Shown here: positions 9,636-19,119 of the stretch, piece by piece | Numbering within the stretch: position 1 is the first letter of the stretch | How the letters are laid out: every line of letters begins with the position of its first letter | Assembly: GCA_049451035.1 (NCBI GenBank) | Contig: JBMTVD010000002.1 | Coordinates: 1-53,783, forward strand | Direction of reading: 5' to 3' | DNA from: Chthoniobacterales bacterium | GTDB lineage: Bacteria; Verrucomicrobiota; Verrucomicrobiia; Chthoniobacterales; JACTMZ01 | Length of the DNA: 53,783 bases | The notes under the pieces: model-generated | Told to the model about the DNA's origin: nothing | What the model saw: the letters and a program-made list of their open reading frames with translations, nothing else | Databases searched by the model: none | Program-made: the position numbers and the translations under genes

Positions 9636-9641
9636 ACGGCC

Positions 9642-10163
9642 CTACTCCTGGCAGTAGTGCAGGCTCACGCGCCGCATGCGCTCCTCGCCCTGCTGGGCGG
9701 TGTAATGGACCAGGCGCAACGAAACGAAGTCCTGCACCCAGATCCAGGCCCGGAGGGTGTGACGCAGCCCGCTTTTCTCGCCGCGGTCATCGGCAAAGAT
9801 CCTGCCCGCCCCGTATTTTTTGTCCGCCTGCCGTTTGATGGTGGTGACCCATGACGAAACACGTGATTCGTCCCAGCCCTCGCGGTCGTACTGCAGTTCG
9901 ACTTCGTTCAATCCGCCCTCGCGGAAATAGAAAAGGGTCCGTTTCAGCCCCTCCTGCACGATGCCCTCGACGACCAGGACATCGCGTTCCCCGGCGACTT
10001 TTTCCCCGATGACCTTGGCCTTTGCTTTGACGACCACTTCCTTGATCCGCTCGATCGATTCGCCCCATTGCATGCCGAACGGCGCTTTGATCTCCTGCTG
10101 CGCCGGCGCGCGGGCGGTGACGGCCAGGAGCGTGCAAACCGCGATGAGGAGACTCTTGTGCAT
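9642..10163 (-). CDS. Hypothetical secreted protein
   Basis: 173 aa with a clear signal peptide (MHKSLLIAVCTLLAVTARAPAQQ). I recognise no family. It lies directly downstream of the C39-like peptidase gene on the same strand, with a 37-nt gap. Confidence 0.6.
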   Translation of the reverse strand: MHKSLLIAVCTLLAVTARAPAQQEIKAPFGMQWGESIERIKEVVVKAKAKVIGEKVAGERDVLVVEGIVQEGLKRTLFYFREGGLNEVELQYDREGWDESRVSSWVTTIKRQADKKYGAGRIFADDRGEKSGLRHTLRAWIWVQDFVSLRLVHYTAQQGEERMRRVSLHYCQE

Positions 10164-10200
10164 CGTGGAAAATTCGTTCCGGCAAACGGTTCAGGCAAGC

Positions 10201-10893
10201 TCAGGCCCGGCCTCCCGGCAACTTTTCGTAAAAGCGCAGCGCCTCGATCGGGCTGCCGAAATCGGAGAGGAAATAAAGGCCGCGGGCGAAACCCGCTCCC
10301 GGATCACGGATGAGGTATTCGTAACCCGACTTGCCGACCACCACCACGAAGTGGGTGATGCCGCCCGGGTAGCGGAGGCGCACGATGACCGGGTTGCCGC
10401 GCAGCAGGTTCCAGTCGATGAGAAAATGGGAAGCGTCGTCCTCGTAAACATGTTCGGCCACCGCCGGAGGGTAGGCGCTGGCCTTCTCCCAGTAGAGCCA
10501 GCCCCGCTCGGTGTATCCCCCGTTGTCGCGCAGATGGGCATTGAGCCGGCCCGGATCGAGATCGGCCCCGTAGGAGGCAAGCACCATGGCGGCGGAGGCC
10601 ACCGCGCAACCTTCCTCGCCGAGGGTGCCCGGTGTTTTGCCGAGTTTGTCGCGCGACCAACGTTTGTCGTTTTGCGCGAAGTGCGGCACGTCGTGCAGCA
10701 CGGTGAGGGGAAACCACAGGCCGCCCCGCGCCGGAAGCGGGGAGGTCTTTGCCGACCAATGGTGACCCCACCAAGCGCCGGTGCCCAGCGCGGCCACGAC
10801 AAGCAAAAGGAGGGACAAACGGAGCGGGCGCACGGGAAAAACAAAACGCCAAAAGGCGCGCGCGCCAAACCGATTTTTTGCCGCGCGTGTCAA
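10201..10893 (-). CDS. Membrane-anchored papain-fold cysteine peptidase, C39-like (YvpB/Peptidase_C39_2 type)
   Basis: 230 aa. The N-terminus has a TM anchor (LRLSLLLLVVAALGTGAWW). The segment VPHFAQNDKRWSRDKLG...GCAVASAAMVLASYG carries the Gln and Cys signature of C39-like domains. ITHFVVVVG is a candidate catalytic His region. The assignment rests on remembered motifs, not on a search. Confidence 0.6.
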   Translation of the reverse strand: MTRAAKNRFGARAFWRFVFPVRPLRLSLLLLVVAALGTGAWWGHHWSAKTSPLPARGGLWFPLTVLHDVPHFAQNDKRWSRDKLGKTPGTLGEEGCAVASAAMVLASYGADLDPGRLNAHLRDNGGYTERGWLYWEKASAYPPAVAEHVYEDDASHFLIDWNLLRGNPVIVRLRYPGGITHFVVVVGKSGYEYLIRDPGAGFARGLYFLSDFGSPIEALRFYEKLPGGRA

Positions 10894-10940
10894 AGCGGGC
10901 CTTGCCGAGGGGTCCGCCTCTGAAGGATGGTAGGCCGCAG

Positions 10941-12521
10941 ATGAGAAAAGGCAGGTTTGTCCTCCTCCTGCACGCGCACCTGCCCTACGTGCGCCATCCC
11001 GAGCACGATGATTTTCTCGAGGAGGACTGGTTTTACGAGGCGATCGTCGAGACCTATGTGCCGCTCCTGCGCGTTTTCGAGCGGTTGGCGAACGAGGGCG
11101 CGCCGGTGCGCCTCACCATGTCGGTGACGCCCACGCTTTGCGCGATGATGGAAGATCCGCTCCTGCAGGAGCGGGCGGCGCGGCATATCGCCCGCTCGGT
11201 GGCCTTGGCCGAGAGCGAGGTGCGACGCACGGAACATGATGGCCAGCGCAACGACATCGCGCGCTTTTACCTCGGGCGCTTTCTCGCCGTCAGCGAATAT
11301 TTCGAATCGCGCCAGCGGCGGCTGGTTCCCGCCTTCCGGGCGCTGCAGGACGCGGGATTTCTGGAAATCATCACCTGCGCGGCGACGCACGGTTTTTTGC
11401 CGCTCATGGTGGAGCATCCCGAGTCGGTGAGGGCGCAGATCCGCACGGCCTGCGACTACCACAAAGCGTGCTTCGGCCGCGCGCCAGCCGGCATCTGGCT
11501 GCCGGAATGCGCCTACTTCCCCGGGGTGGAACACTTTCTGCGCGAAGCCGACCTCAAGTGGTTCGTTCTCGATGCCCACGGGCTGATGTTCGCAAAACCG
11601 CGGCCGCGCTTCGCCATTTACGCCCCTTGCTACACGCGGGAGGGGCCCGCGGTTTTCGCCCGTGACCGAGATTCCAGCCGGCAGGTGTGGAGCGCGGAAG
11701 AAGGCTATCCCGGCGATCCCGCTTACCGGGATTTTTACCGCGACATCGGCTACGACCTCGGTCTCGACTATCTGCGGCCCTTTCTCGGGGCGGATGGCCA
11801 GCGCAAGTTTACCGGCTTGAAATACCACCGCATCACCGGACGGTCCGAGCACAAGGAGCTCTACCGCCGCCCGTGGGCCGAGTCCGCGGCGGACGCGCAT
11901 GCCGGAGACTTTCTGGCCAACCGCATCCGGCAATTCGAGCCGCTCTGCTCCGAGATGCCGATCGACCCGGTGGTGGTGAGTCCCTACGACGCCGAGCTCT
12001 TCGGGCATTGGTGGTTCGAGGGTCCCGAGTTTCTCGACCTGTTTCTGCGCAAGGCGGCCCACGACCAAACCGTTTTTGAATTCGCCACGCCGTCCGCGTA
12101 CCTGGCGGACAACGAGGTTCTCCAGGTCGTGCAACCCTGTGCGTCGAGCTGGGGCAACAAGGGCTACTGGGAGGTGTGGCTCGACCGGTCGAACGCGTGG
12201 ATCTACCCGCATCTGCACGCGGCGGCGCGGCGCATGACCGAGGCGGCCCGCCGCAACGCGGGCACCAGGGCGAAATGGAAACAGGAGACTTTGCAGCAGA
12301 TGGCGCGCGAGCTGATGCTCGCGCAATCGAGCGACTGGGCCTTTCTCATGCGCACGGGAACGGCCCACGACTACGCCGCGCGGCGGACCAAGGACCATCT
12401 TTTGCGCTTCGACCATCTGCGCGATTCGCTCTTGGCGGGCCGCCGCGATGCGGATTTTCTCGCCGCGTGCCGCGAAAGGGACAACATATTCCCCGATCTG
12501 GAATGGCGGTATTACGCATAA
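10941..12521 (+). CDS. Glycoside hydrolase family 57 1,4-alpha-glucan branching enzyme (GH57 + DUF1957 type)
   Basis: ATG at 10941 gives MRKGRFVLLLHAHLPYVRHPEH, the characteristic GH57 branching-enzyme N-terminus. Also present are WLPECAY and SPYDAELFGHWWFEG segments. 526 aa. The track extension upstream (from 10749) overlaps the divergent neighbour. Confidence 0.85.
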   Translation: MRKGRFVLLLHAHLPYVRHPEHDDFLEEDWFYEAIVETYVPLLRVFERLANEGAPVRLTMSVTPTLCAMMEDPLLQERAARHIARSVALAESEVRRTEHDGQRNDIARFYLGRFLAVSEYFESRQRRLVPAFRALQDAGFLEIITCAATHGFLPLMVEHPESVRAQIRTACDYHKACFGRAPAGIWLPECAYFPGVEHFLREADLKWFVLDAHGLMFAKPRPRFAIYAPCYTREGPAVFARDRDSSRQVWSAEEGYPGDPAYRDFYRDIGYDLGLDYLRPFLGADGQRKFTGLKYHRITGRSEHKELYRRPWAESAADAHAGDFLANRIRQFEPLCSEMPIDPVVVSPYDAELFGHWWFEGPEFLDLFLRKAAHDQTVFEFATPSAYLADNEVLQVVQPCASSWGNKGYWEVWLDRSNAWIYPHLHAAARRMTEAARRNAGTRAKWKQETLQQMARELMLAQSSDWAFLMRTGTAHDYAARRTKDHLLRFDHLRDSLLAGRRDADFLAACRERDNIFPDLEWRYYA

Positions 12522-14017
12522 TGGCCGGTCTGTTGTTCCTCTCGGTGCCTGCGCCGGGAGTGGAACTGCGTTTCGTTCCGCCATCGGCGGAGGGAACGGT
12601 CAGTCTCGGTATCAGCGACTCCGCGGGACAGCTGGTCCGGGTTCTTTGTGACGAATGGCCGGTCGCGGATTTCACCGCGGGTCTCAACGGCCTGTCGGTC
12701 GAGTGGGACGGCCGGGACGCCTCGGGTCAACCGGTGCCGGCGGGAACCTACGCGGTCAAAGGATTCCACATGGGCAATGTCGAGGTGTCGGGCGAGGCCA
12801 TTCACTTCAATGACTGGATCACGACCGAAGACGCGCCCCGCATCGAGGCGGTCGCCTCGCTTGGCATTCTCGCGGGCGGCGACTTGCTCATGGCTTCACG
12901 ACTGACGGGAGACCGGGGCGCCTTGCTCCGCTATTCACCGCATCACGCCAACCCCTGGGCTATACTGGCATGCGAACCGCTGCCCGCCTCTCCGCGAACC
13001 GTCAAGTTGGCGGTGGCGGGCGACAGGGTCTTTGTGCTGGTGGACAACAAAATCCGCGCCCTCGACCTCGCTACCGGCCGGGAAATAGAACAGCCCGGTC
13101 TGGCCGCCGCGCCCGTCGATGTGGGGGGTCACGAGGATCGTTTGACCATCCTCACGGCGGATGGGATCAAAGTCTTCGACGCCACGAACCTTAAGGAAAA
13201 ATCCGCGCTGCCGCCGCCCCCGGTCAAAGTGGCGGCAGTCGCCCCCTTCGGACGCGAGGATGTGGTGGCCGCTGGCGAGGACGGTTCGCTCTGGCATGGC
13301 GCGCCGGAGTGGCGGCGCCTCGACGCGCCCCCCGGAACCAAAGCACTGGCCGTGGCCGCCGGGCGCGGCCAAACGTTCTGGGTCTTGGAAAGGGCCGCCG
13401 ATGGCTCTGTTGTGGTCGTGCAGTATTCGCCCGAGGAGGGACGCTTGGCCGAATGGGTCGCCTCGACCCGGGGCGATCCGGTGGCGCTGGCCGCTTCGGC
13501 AGACGCGGACTATTTCGCGGCCATTTTCGCCGGACCGGAGGAGGAAAGAACAGTCGCGATCCGGCGGAGCGCGGAAAAAGGCTGGGAACTTCTGGCCGAC
13601 AAGACAATCACGGCCAGCGGTGCCTTCGGCGTGAGTGAGGGGCGCCTGTCGCCGGTCGGCGAGTCTTTGCCCGCGGAGATCACGGTCGGCTTGCGCGAGA
13701 ATCCGCTCGATGCCTCGGCGCCCCGATCCCTCGTTCTCCGGGCCTCCGCTTCCGTCGGCGGCACGGGTTTGGTCACGGCCGAAGGCTTGCCGTTGGTAAG
13801 TGTTTCGAACGGCGCGGGTTTCAAGCGTGTCGCTCTCGTCGCCGGCCGGAGCGGGGGCACCGCCCGGTTTTACCAGGGCGATGGCGCCTGCGTGGAGCAA
13901 TTCAATCTGGTGAATCTCGACGACATCACGGCCCTCGACGCCGGCACGATCGAAATGGAGGGCGGCGCGGAAAAAGCACCGCCCCCCGAAGAGGATCCCG
14001 AAGAGCCTATGCCTTGA
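12503..14017 (+). CDS. Hypothetical exported protein with an N-terminal FlgD-Ig-like domain and a repeat-rich (beta-propeller-like?) body
   Basis: The segment VSLGISDSAGQLVRVL...GLNGLSVEWDGRDASGQPVPAGTYAVKGF matches the FlgD Ig-like (W-D-G-x-D-x-x-G...G-x-Y) pattern. The start is uncertain. ATG 12503 gives a signal-peptide-like MAVLRIMAGLLFLSVPAPG. ATG 12521 overlaps the GH57 stop in a TAATG arrangement. Confidence 0.6.
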   Translation: MAVLRIMAGLLFLSVPAPGVELRFVPPSAEGTVSLGISDSAGQLVRVLCDEWPVADFTAGLNGLSVEWDGRDASGQPVPAGTYAVKGFHMGNVEVSGEAIHFNDWITTEDAPRIEAVASLGILAGGDLLMASRLTGDRGALLRYSPHHANPWAILACEPLPASPRTVKLAVAGDRVFVLVDNKIRALDLATGREIEQPGLAAAPVDVGGHEDRLTILTADGIKVFDATNLKEKSALPPPPVKVAAVAPFGREDVVAAGEDGSLWHGAPEWRRLDAPPGTKALAVAAGRGQTFWVLERAADGSVVVVQYSPEEGRLAEWVASTRGDPVALAASADADYFAAIFAGPEEERTVAIRRSAEKGWELLADKTITASGAFGVSEGRLSPVGESLPAEITVGLRENPLDASAPRSLVLRASASVGGTGLVTAEGLPLVSVSNGAGFKRVALVAGRSGGTARFYQGDGACVEQFNLVNLDDITALDAGTIEMEGGAEKAPPPEEDPEEPMP

Positions 14018-15581
14018 TCTCTTCGCCGCTGTTCGCGTCGGTGATGACGAACTTTTCGCGGTGCATGGCCGCGTCCGGCTTGAAGGAGAGCCTGCCTCCG
14101 TAGCGGCGCTCGATGTCGACGAGGAGATCCTCGTCCTCGGTGCGCAGGCGCTCGAGCAACTCCGGGTTCACGATCACCTTGATCTCGTGGATGGTGTCGA
14201 TGTGCTTGCGCATCACCGCATGAAGGGCGCGCTGCAATTCGACGGACATCGTCATCAGGTTCTTGATCAAACCGCGGCCCTCGCAATGGGGGCACGGGTC
14301 GAACTGCGACATGCGCATACTCTCGGCCGCGCGCTGGCGCGTCATCTCCATCAGCCCGAGTTGCGAAATGGGGAGGACGTGGGTGCGCGCCTTATCGCGT
14401 TTGAGGCGTTGCCTCATCCGCTGATAGACGGCCTGCTGGTCTTTGCGGGACTTCATGTCGATGAAGTCCGCCACGATGAGCCCGCCGATATTGCGCAGGC
14501 GCATCTGGCGCGAGATTTCGTCCGCCGCCTCGAGATTGGTCTGCAGGATGGTTTTATCCACCTCCTTGCCGCCCTTGTTGCGGCCGGTGTTGACGTCGAC
14601 CGAGATGAGAGCCTCGGTCTCGTCGATGACGATGTATCCGCCGCAGGGCAACCAGACCTGCCGGGTGAAGGCCTTCTCGACCTGCTTGTGCACGCCGTAT
14701 TTGTCGAAGATGTGCTGGCCTTCGTTATAGAACTGGATGCGCTTCTTCGAGCGCGGCGAGACCTGCGCCACGAGTTCCTGCATGCGCTCGACCGAAGCCA
14801 GGTCGTCGCAAATGACGGCATCCACTTCCTCGGTGAGGAAGTCGCGCACCGTCCGCTCGACGAGATCGGGCTCCTCGAAGAGCTGGTAAGGAGCGCGCTG
14901 CGTCTCCATGCCGCGTTCGATCTCGTTCCATTGGTCGAGAAGAAGGGCCAGATCGCGGACAAAGAAGCGCGGGCGCTGGCCTGCTCCGACGGTGCGGATG
15001 ATGACGCCCATCCCCTCGGGAATCTCCAGCTCGTTGAGGATCTTGCGCAGGCGCTCGCGTTCTTTCGGATCGTCGATCTTGCGGGAGATGCCGCATTGCG
15101 GACTGTGCGGCATGAGGACGAGGTAACGTCCCGGCATGCTGATGTTGGTCGTGATACGCGGCCCCTTGGTGCCGATCGGTCCTTTGCTGACCTGAACCAT
15201 GATCTCCGACCCGGGGGGATAAATTGTCGGGATGTCCTTGGCGGTGATTTTTTTGGGAAGTTTCTTGCCCGTATTGCGGCGGACCTCCTCGATGCCGCTG
15301 TCGAGCGCGGCGGGAATGGCGTCCCAGAAATGGAGGAAGGCGTTTTTCTCGAAACCTATGTCCACGAACATGGCTTTGAGGCCCTGCTCGATGTTTTTGA
15401 CGCGCCCCTTGTAGATGCTGCCGACAATGTTTCGGTCGGAGACGCGCTCGACGTTGTATTCCTCGAGCTGGCCGTCCTCCAGCACGGCGACGCGTTTTTC
15501 GAGTTTCTCGGCGTTGACAATGAGGCGGGCTCCGCCGGATTTGACGGGCAGCCCCAGGAGTTTTTTGACTTTTTCGATCAT
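14007..15581 (-). CDS. rng: Ribonuclease G/E family endoribonuclease
   Basis: 524 aa. The S1 domain is present (GSIYKGRVKNIEQGLKAMFVDIG). The catalytic core includes the DVNTGR segment typical of Rne/Rng. Confidence 0.9.
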   Translation of the reverse strand: MIEKVKKLLGLPVKSGGARLIVNAEKLEKRVAVLEDGQLEEYNVERVSDRNIVGSIYKGRVKNIEQGLKAMFVDIGFEKNAFLHFWDAIPAALDSGIEEVRRNTGKKLPKKITAKDIPTIYPPGSEIMVQVSKGPIGTKGPRITTNISMPGRYLVLMPHSPQCGISRKIDDPKERERLRKILNELEIPEGMGVIIRTVGAGQRPRFFVRDLALLLDQWNEIERGMETQRAPYQLFEEPDLVERTVRDFLTEEVDAVICDDLASVERMQELVAQVSPRSKKRIQFYNEGQHIFDKYGVHKQVEKAFTRQVWLPCGGYIVIDETEALISVDVNTGRNKGGKEVDKTILQTNLEAADEISRQMRLRNIGGLIVADFIDMKSRKDQQAVYQRMRQRLKRDKARTHVLPISQLGLMEMTRQRAAESMRMSQFDPCPHCEGRGLIKNLMTMSVELQRALHAVMRKHIDTIHEIKVIVNPELLERLRTEDEDLLVDIERRYGGRLSFKPDAAMHREKFVITDANSGEEIKA

Positions 15582-15599
15582 GATAATTTGCGGGTTGTG

Positions 15600-17747
15600 T
15601 CAGCGCCTCGGGCGCTGCGGTTTTTCTTTGTTTTTTCCGCCTCCGAAGAGGCGTTGAAAAATGTTGGGTCGCCGGGGTGCCGTCCCTTCGGCGTCCGCGG
15701 CGGGTCGCACGGTCGGTTGGGCGATGTCGGCCGTTTCTTCGGGTGTAGCGCCATCCAACGGCGCTGCATCGGCCAGAGCTGCGGGTATCGGGCGGCCGAA
15801 GTCGACGCTGGAGACGAACTGGAAGCTGCCCGCGGCCGGCGCCAAAGCGGCGAGCTCGGTTGCGGTGCCTTCCTCCATCTTGAAAATGTCCGCGAGAATT
15901 TTGGCCGCGATCGGGGCGGCCACGCCGCCTCCGGACTGTGCCCCCTGCACCAGCACGGAAACGGCGTAGCGCGGCTTGTTGTAGGGGGCGAACGCGATGA
16001 ACCAAGTGTGATTGTCCTTCACTCCGCCCCGCCAGAACTGGGCGGTGCCGGTCTTCCCCGCTACCTCGTAGTTTTTCATCCGGGCGGCCGCGGCCGTGCC
16101 GCCCGCGCGATTGACCACATCCCACATGCCTTGGCGGACGTGCCCCAGCTTGTCCGCGGTCAATCCGTTTTCGAGAAGATTGGACCGCACCTCGACCGGT
16201 TCCTGTCTGACAACGGTGCCGTCTTGGGCCACGATTTTTTCAACCAGCCGGGGGTAGAAGCTGGTGCCCCAGTTGGCCACCGAGGCGGCAACCATCGCCA
16301 TTTGCAGGGGGGTGGCCAGCACGAACCCCTGGCCGATCGACACGTTGGCCGTCTGGCCCCGCGACCATCTTTCCCGCGGATAATTCGCCTGGAGCCACGC
16401 GGGGCCGGGCAGGATGCCCGCGGCTTCGCCCGACAGCGGCAAGCCGCTTTTCTGCCCGAGCCCGAGCATGGTTCCGACGTCGGTGATCTGGTCGATACCC
16501 GCGGCGTTCCCGTATTGGTAAAAAAACGCGTTGCACGACACGCAGATGGCCGATTCCACGTTCAGGGTTCCGTGCGCGCCGTTCTTCGAGGCGATCCAGC
16601 ACTGCATGAATTTGTCGCCGAATTGCACCCCTCCGCTGCAGTTGAACCGCTTCTCCTCGAGTCCGGCCCGCAAGCCGGCGAGCGCCGTGGGAATTTTGAA
16701 GGTGGAGCCCGGGGCATAGGCGCCGAGGGCCCGGTTGAGAAGAGGGTTGGTGGCATCGCCGGTGAGTGCTCCCCAGTCCGCGGAGCTGATCGACGGAATG
16801 AATGCATTCGGGTCGAAAGAGGGCACGCTGGCCATGGCCAGGATGTCGCCGTTGTTGGGGTCCACCACCACCACGGCGCCGCGTCCCACGGCGCGCAGGG
16901 CGTTTTCGGCGATATACTGGATCCGCGCGTCGATGGTCAGGACGACATTGTGGCCCTGCTTCGGAGGGTCGCTGCGCACTTCCCGTTCGATTTTGCCCTT
17001 GGCGTTGCGCTGCATGATGCGCGCGCCGGCGGTCCCCTTCAACTCGTCGTTGAAACTGCTTTCGATCTGCGATTTCCCTTCCGTATCGGGTTGGTAGTAG
17101 TTGAATTTCGCCGCTTCTTCCCGGTCGATTTGTTCCGGTGCCCCGACATAACCCAGCAGGTGCGAAGCGAGTGCTCCGTAGACGTAGCGGCGGACGGGGC
17201 GGACCGCCAGGTCGACACCGGCGATTTCGACGCCGTGTTCGGCGAAGCGGGCCATGGATTCGTAGTCCAAGTCCTCCGCGTAGGTGAAAGGGACTTCGGT
17301 TTCATTGCGGAAGTGGTTCCGCATCGCATTGGCATTGAAGTCCCGGGCCACCCCGAGTTCGACGAGACGCGGGATGACCGTCTCGTTGACGATCCTCAAG
17401 ATGTCCGGCTCCGACTTTTCGGTCATCATCCCGGCCACCGGTGTTTGGTACGTGTGCATCGGGATGTCCCCGAAACGGTTCCGATAATCCCGCACGATGT
17501 CGGGGAAATAAAACTCGATGGCGTTGCTTGCCCGGTTTTGCACCAGCGGAACGCCGTTCCGGTCGAGAATTTCCCCGCGCACCGCGGGAAGGCGGACGCT
17601 CACCTGGGAGGTGTTGCGGATGCGCGACGTGTACTCCGATCCGCGTGCCACCTGCACATACCAGAGACGCCCGAGGAGCATGAGGAAAACGGCGAGCGCC
17701 ATGGCGGCAAGGACCGCGATGCGGAATTCGTGCGACCGGCGAATCAT
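15600..17747 (-). CDS. mrdA: Penicillin-binding protein 2 (elongasome transpeptidase)
   Basis: ATG at 17747 gives MIRRSHEFRIAVLAAMALAVFLMLLGRLWYVQV, a TM anchor. The penicillin-binding motifs are STFK, SCN and KTGTA. The ATG overlaps the mreD stop (ATGA). A low-complexity C-terminal tail (from about FGRPIPAALADAAP) ends in basic residues (KNKEKPQRPRR). Confidence 0.92.
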   Translation of the reverse strand: MIRRSHEFRIAVLAAMALAVFLMLLGRLWYVQVARGSEYTSRIRNTSQVSVRLPAVRGEILDRNGVPLVQNRASNAIEFYFPDIVRDYRNRFGDIPMHTYQTPVAGMMTEKSEPDILRIVNETVIPRLVELGVARDFNANAMRNHFRNETEVPFTYAEDLDYESMARFAEHGVEIAGVDLAVRPVRRYVYGALASHLLGYVGAPEQIDREEAAKFNYYQPDTEGKSQIESSFNDELKGTAGARIMQRNAKGKIEREVRSDPPKQGHNVVLTIDARIQYIAENALRAVGRGAVVVVDPNNGDILAMASVPSFDPNAFIPSISSADWGALTGDATNPLLNRALGAYAPGSTFKIPTALAGLRAGLEEKRFNCSGGVQFGDKFMQCWIASKNGAHGTLNVESAICVSCNAFFYQYGNAAGIDQITDVGTMLGLGQKSGLPLSGEAAGILPGPAWLQANYPRERWSRGQTANVSIGQGFVLATPLQMAMVAASVANWGTSFYPRLVEKIVAQDGTVVRQEPVEVRSNLLENGLTADKLGHVRQGMWDVVNRAGGTAAAARMKNYEVAGKTGTAQFWRGGVKDNHTWFIAFAPYNKPRYAVSVLVQGAQSGGGVAAPIAAKILADIFKMEEGTATELAALAPAAGSFQFVSSVDFGRPIPAALADAAPLDGATPEETADIAQPTVRPAADAEGTAPRRPNIFQRLFGGGKNKEKPQRPRR

Positions 17748-18280
17748 TGTTTCACGCGGCGCCCCCGCCGACGAAAACCGTCGGCGGGAAAGAGGCCGAA
17801 AAAGAAGTAAAGCAAAGGTGCGAGCAGGAGAGCCGCCATGGCCGGCCCGATGAGTTGGGCGAACACCGCGCCGTCGAGGACGAACGACTCGCGGCGCAGG
17901 CAGACCATGAGGTATTGACCGGCGAGAAGGACGAAGGTGGCCGCGCCCGAGGCGAGGCAGTGAGTCTCCCACCGCATGGCGAGCCGGAGCACGGGCAGCA
18001 TGCGCAAAACGGCGGCCAGAAGGACATAGTAGAGCATAGACCACCCGAGACCGATTTCAACGCGTCCTCCGTCGACGTGCAGCAGGGCCAAATCTCCGAG
18101 CAACCCCGCGTAAAGAGCGAAGGCCAGCGCGCCCGGCACGGGCATCCAGAGCAGCGCGTAGCAGACCACGACCGGCATAAGCAGAATATGCGCATTGGCG
18201 AAAAACGGCATGGCCGGAATGAATTCCGGCACGATGACGGCCAGATAAGCCGACACGACAAGCACGGCGGCGCGGATCAT
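17744..18280 (-). CDS. mreD: Rod shape-determining protein MreD
   Basis: ATG at 18280 overlaps the mreC stop (ATGA). The 178-aa protein is a very hydrophobic multi-pass membrane protein. It sits in the canonical position between mreC and mrdA. Confidence 0.8.
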   Translation of the reverse strand: MIRAAVLVVSAYLAVIVPEFIPAMPFFANAHILLMPVVVCYALLWMPVPGALAFALYAGLLGDLALLHVDGGRVEIGLGWSMLYYVLLAAVLRMLPVLRLAMRWETHCLASGAATFVLLAGQYLMVCLRRESFVLDGAVFAQLIGPAMAALLLAPLLYFFFGLFPADGFRRRGRRVKQ

Positions 18281-19083
18281 TTTGCGCCGAGAACCACGAA
18301 CACGTCCTCGATGCGGGAAAAATCCGCCGCAGGCTCGATAATGGCCTGCCCGTCGAGTTCTCGTGTCCGGAATTCCCTTACTGTCCCCAGCGGGATCCCC
18401 GCGGGGAAAACGCCGCCACTGACACCGGCCGTCACGACTTTCATGCCCGGTTTGATGTCGGCGTTGCGTTTGAGAAAATTCACCACCAGCACCGGCGCGG
18501 CTTCGCCCTCGGTGCGCTGTCCGGAAAGAATACCCTGGTCGCCGGTCTCCTCGATGCGGGCCGCGACCTTGCAGGTTTCGTCGGTCAGCAGCGCGACCAT
18601 GGAGATGTCCTTGGCCACGGTGGTGGTCCGCCCGACCAGGCCGTCGGCGGTGAGGACCGGTTGGGCCGGGTCGACCTTTTCGGCGAATCCCCGGTTGATT
18701 TTCGCGCTGCTCCACCAGGTCGATGAATCGCGGCTCAGAACCTGCGCGGGGACCAGGGAGAAGGGCGAGCGCTCGCGGTAACCCATGGTGTCGCGGAGGC
18801 GACGGTTTTCATCGGCCAAGTCCTTGAGCAACTGCGCGGCGGCGCGCAATTGGTTGTTCTGCGCGGTGAGCGCGGCGTTTTCCGCTTCGAGTTCGTCCAG
18901 TGTCTTCAGTCCTTTGTTCAGCTTGTCGATGCGGCTGTTGATCGCCGCCCCGGCTTGCAGGGCCGGCGTCGAAACGTCGAAGAAGCCCCCTTGCCACGCG
19001 CGCATGCGATCCGGGGAAAACGCGAGGAAGACCAAGGCGACGAGAATCGCCGCGACGAGCAGAACCAAATGCAGCAGTTTCAT
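18277..19083 (-). CDS. mreC: Rod shape-determining protein MreC
   Basis: 268 aa. It has an N-terminal TM helix, then a coiled-coil (LDELEAENAALTAQNNQLRAAAQLLKDLADENRRLR), then a beta-rich domain with GLVGRTT and GIPLGTV segments. Confidence 0.9.
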   Translation of the reverse strand: MKLLHLVLLVAAILVALVFLAFSPDRMRAWQGGFFDVSTPALQAGAAINSRIDKLNKGLKTLDELEAENAALTAQNNQLRAAAQLLKDLADENRRLRDTMGYRERSPFSLVPAQVLSRDSSTWWSSAKINRGFAEKVDPAQPVLTADGLVGRTTTVAKDISMVALLTDETCKVAARIEETGDQGILSGQRTEGEAAPVLVVNFLKRNADIKPGMKVVTAGVSGGVFPAGIPLGTVREFRTRELDGQAIIEPAADFSRIEDVFVVLGAK

Positions 19084-19119
19084 GGGCGGAGAGCGCCCTT
19101 AGCGGTGCTGTTGCGGCGG

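Noticed and set aside
14061-17810. Very long ORFs on the strand opposite to recognisable genes:
- 14061..17810 (+, 1249 aa, the longest ORF in the track)
- 30205..33246 (-, 1013 aa)
- 49460..52480 (-, 1006 aa)
- 25270..27945 (+, 891 aa)
- 41178..43421 (-, 747 aa)
- 511..2418 (-, 635 aa)
- 10890..12584 (-, 564 aa)
   Set aside because: Each lies exactly antisense to a gene with strong family motifs (rng/mrdA, sucA/sucB, actB, the GldG module, the TPR protein, asnB, GH57). Their translations are Arg/Gly/Ala/Pro/His-rich, low in complexity, and carry no motifs I recognise. In DNA this GC-rich, stop codons are rare in antisense frames, so such shadow ORFs are expected. Length alone is not evidence of coding.
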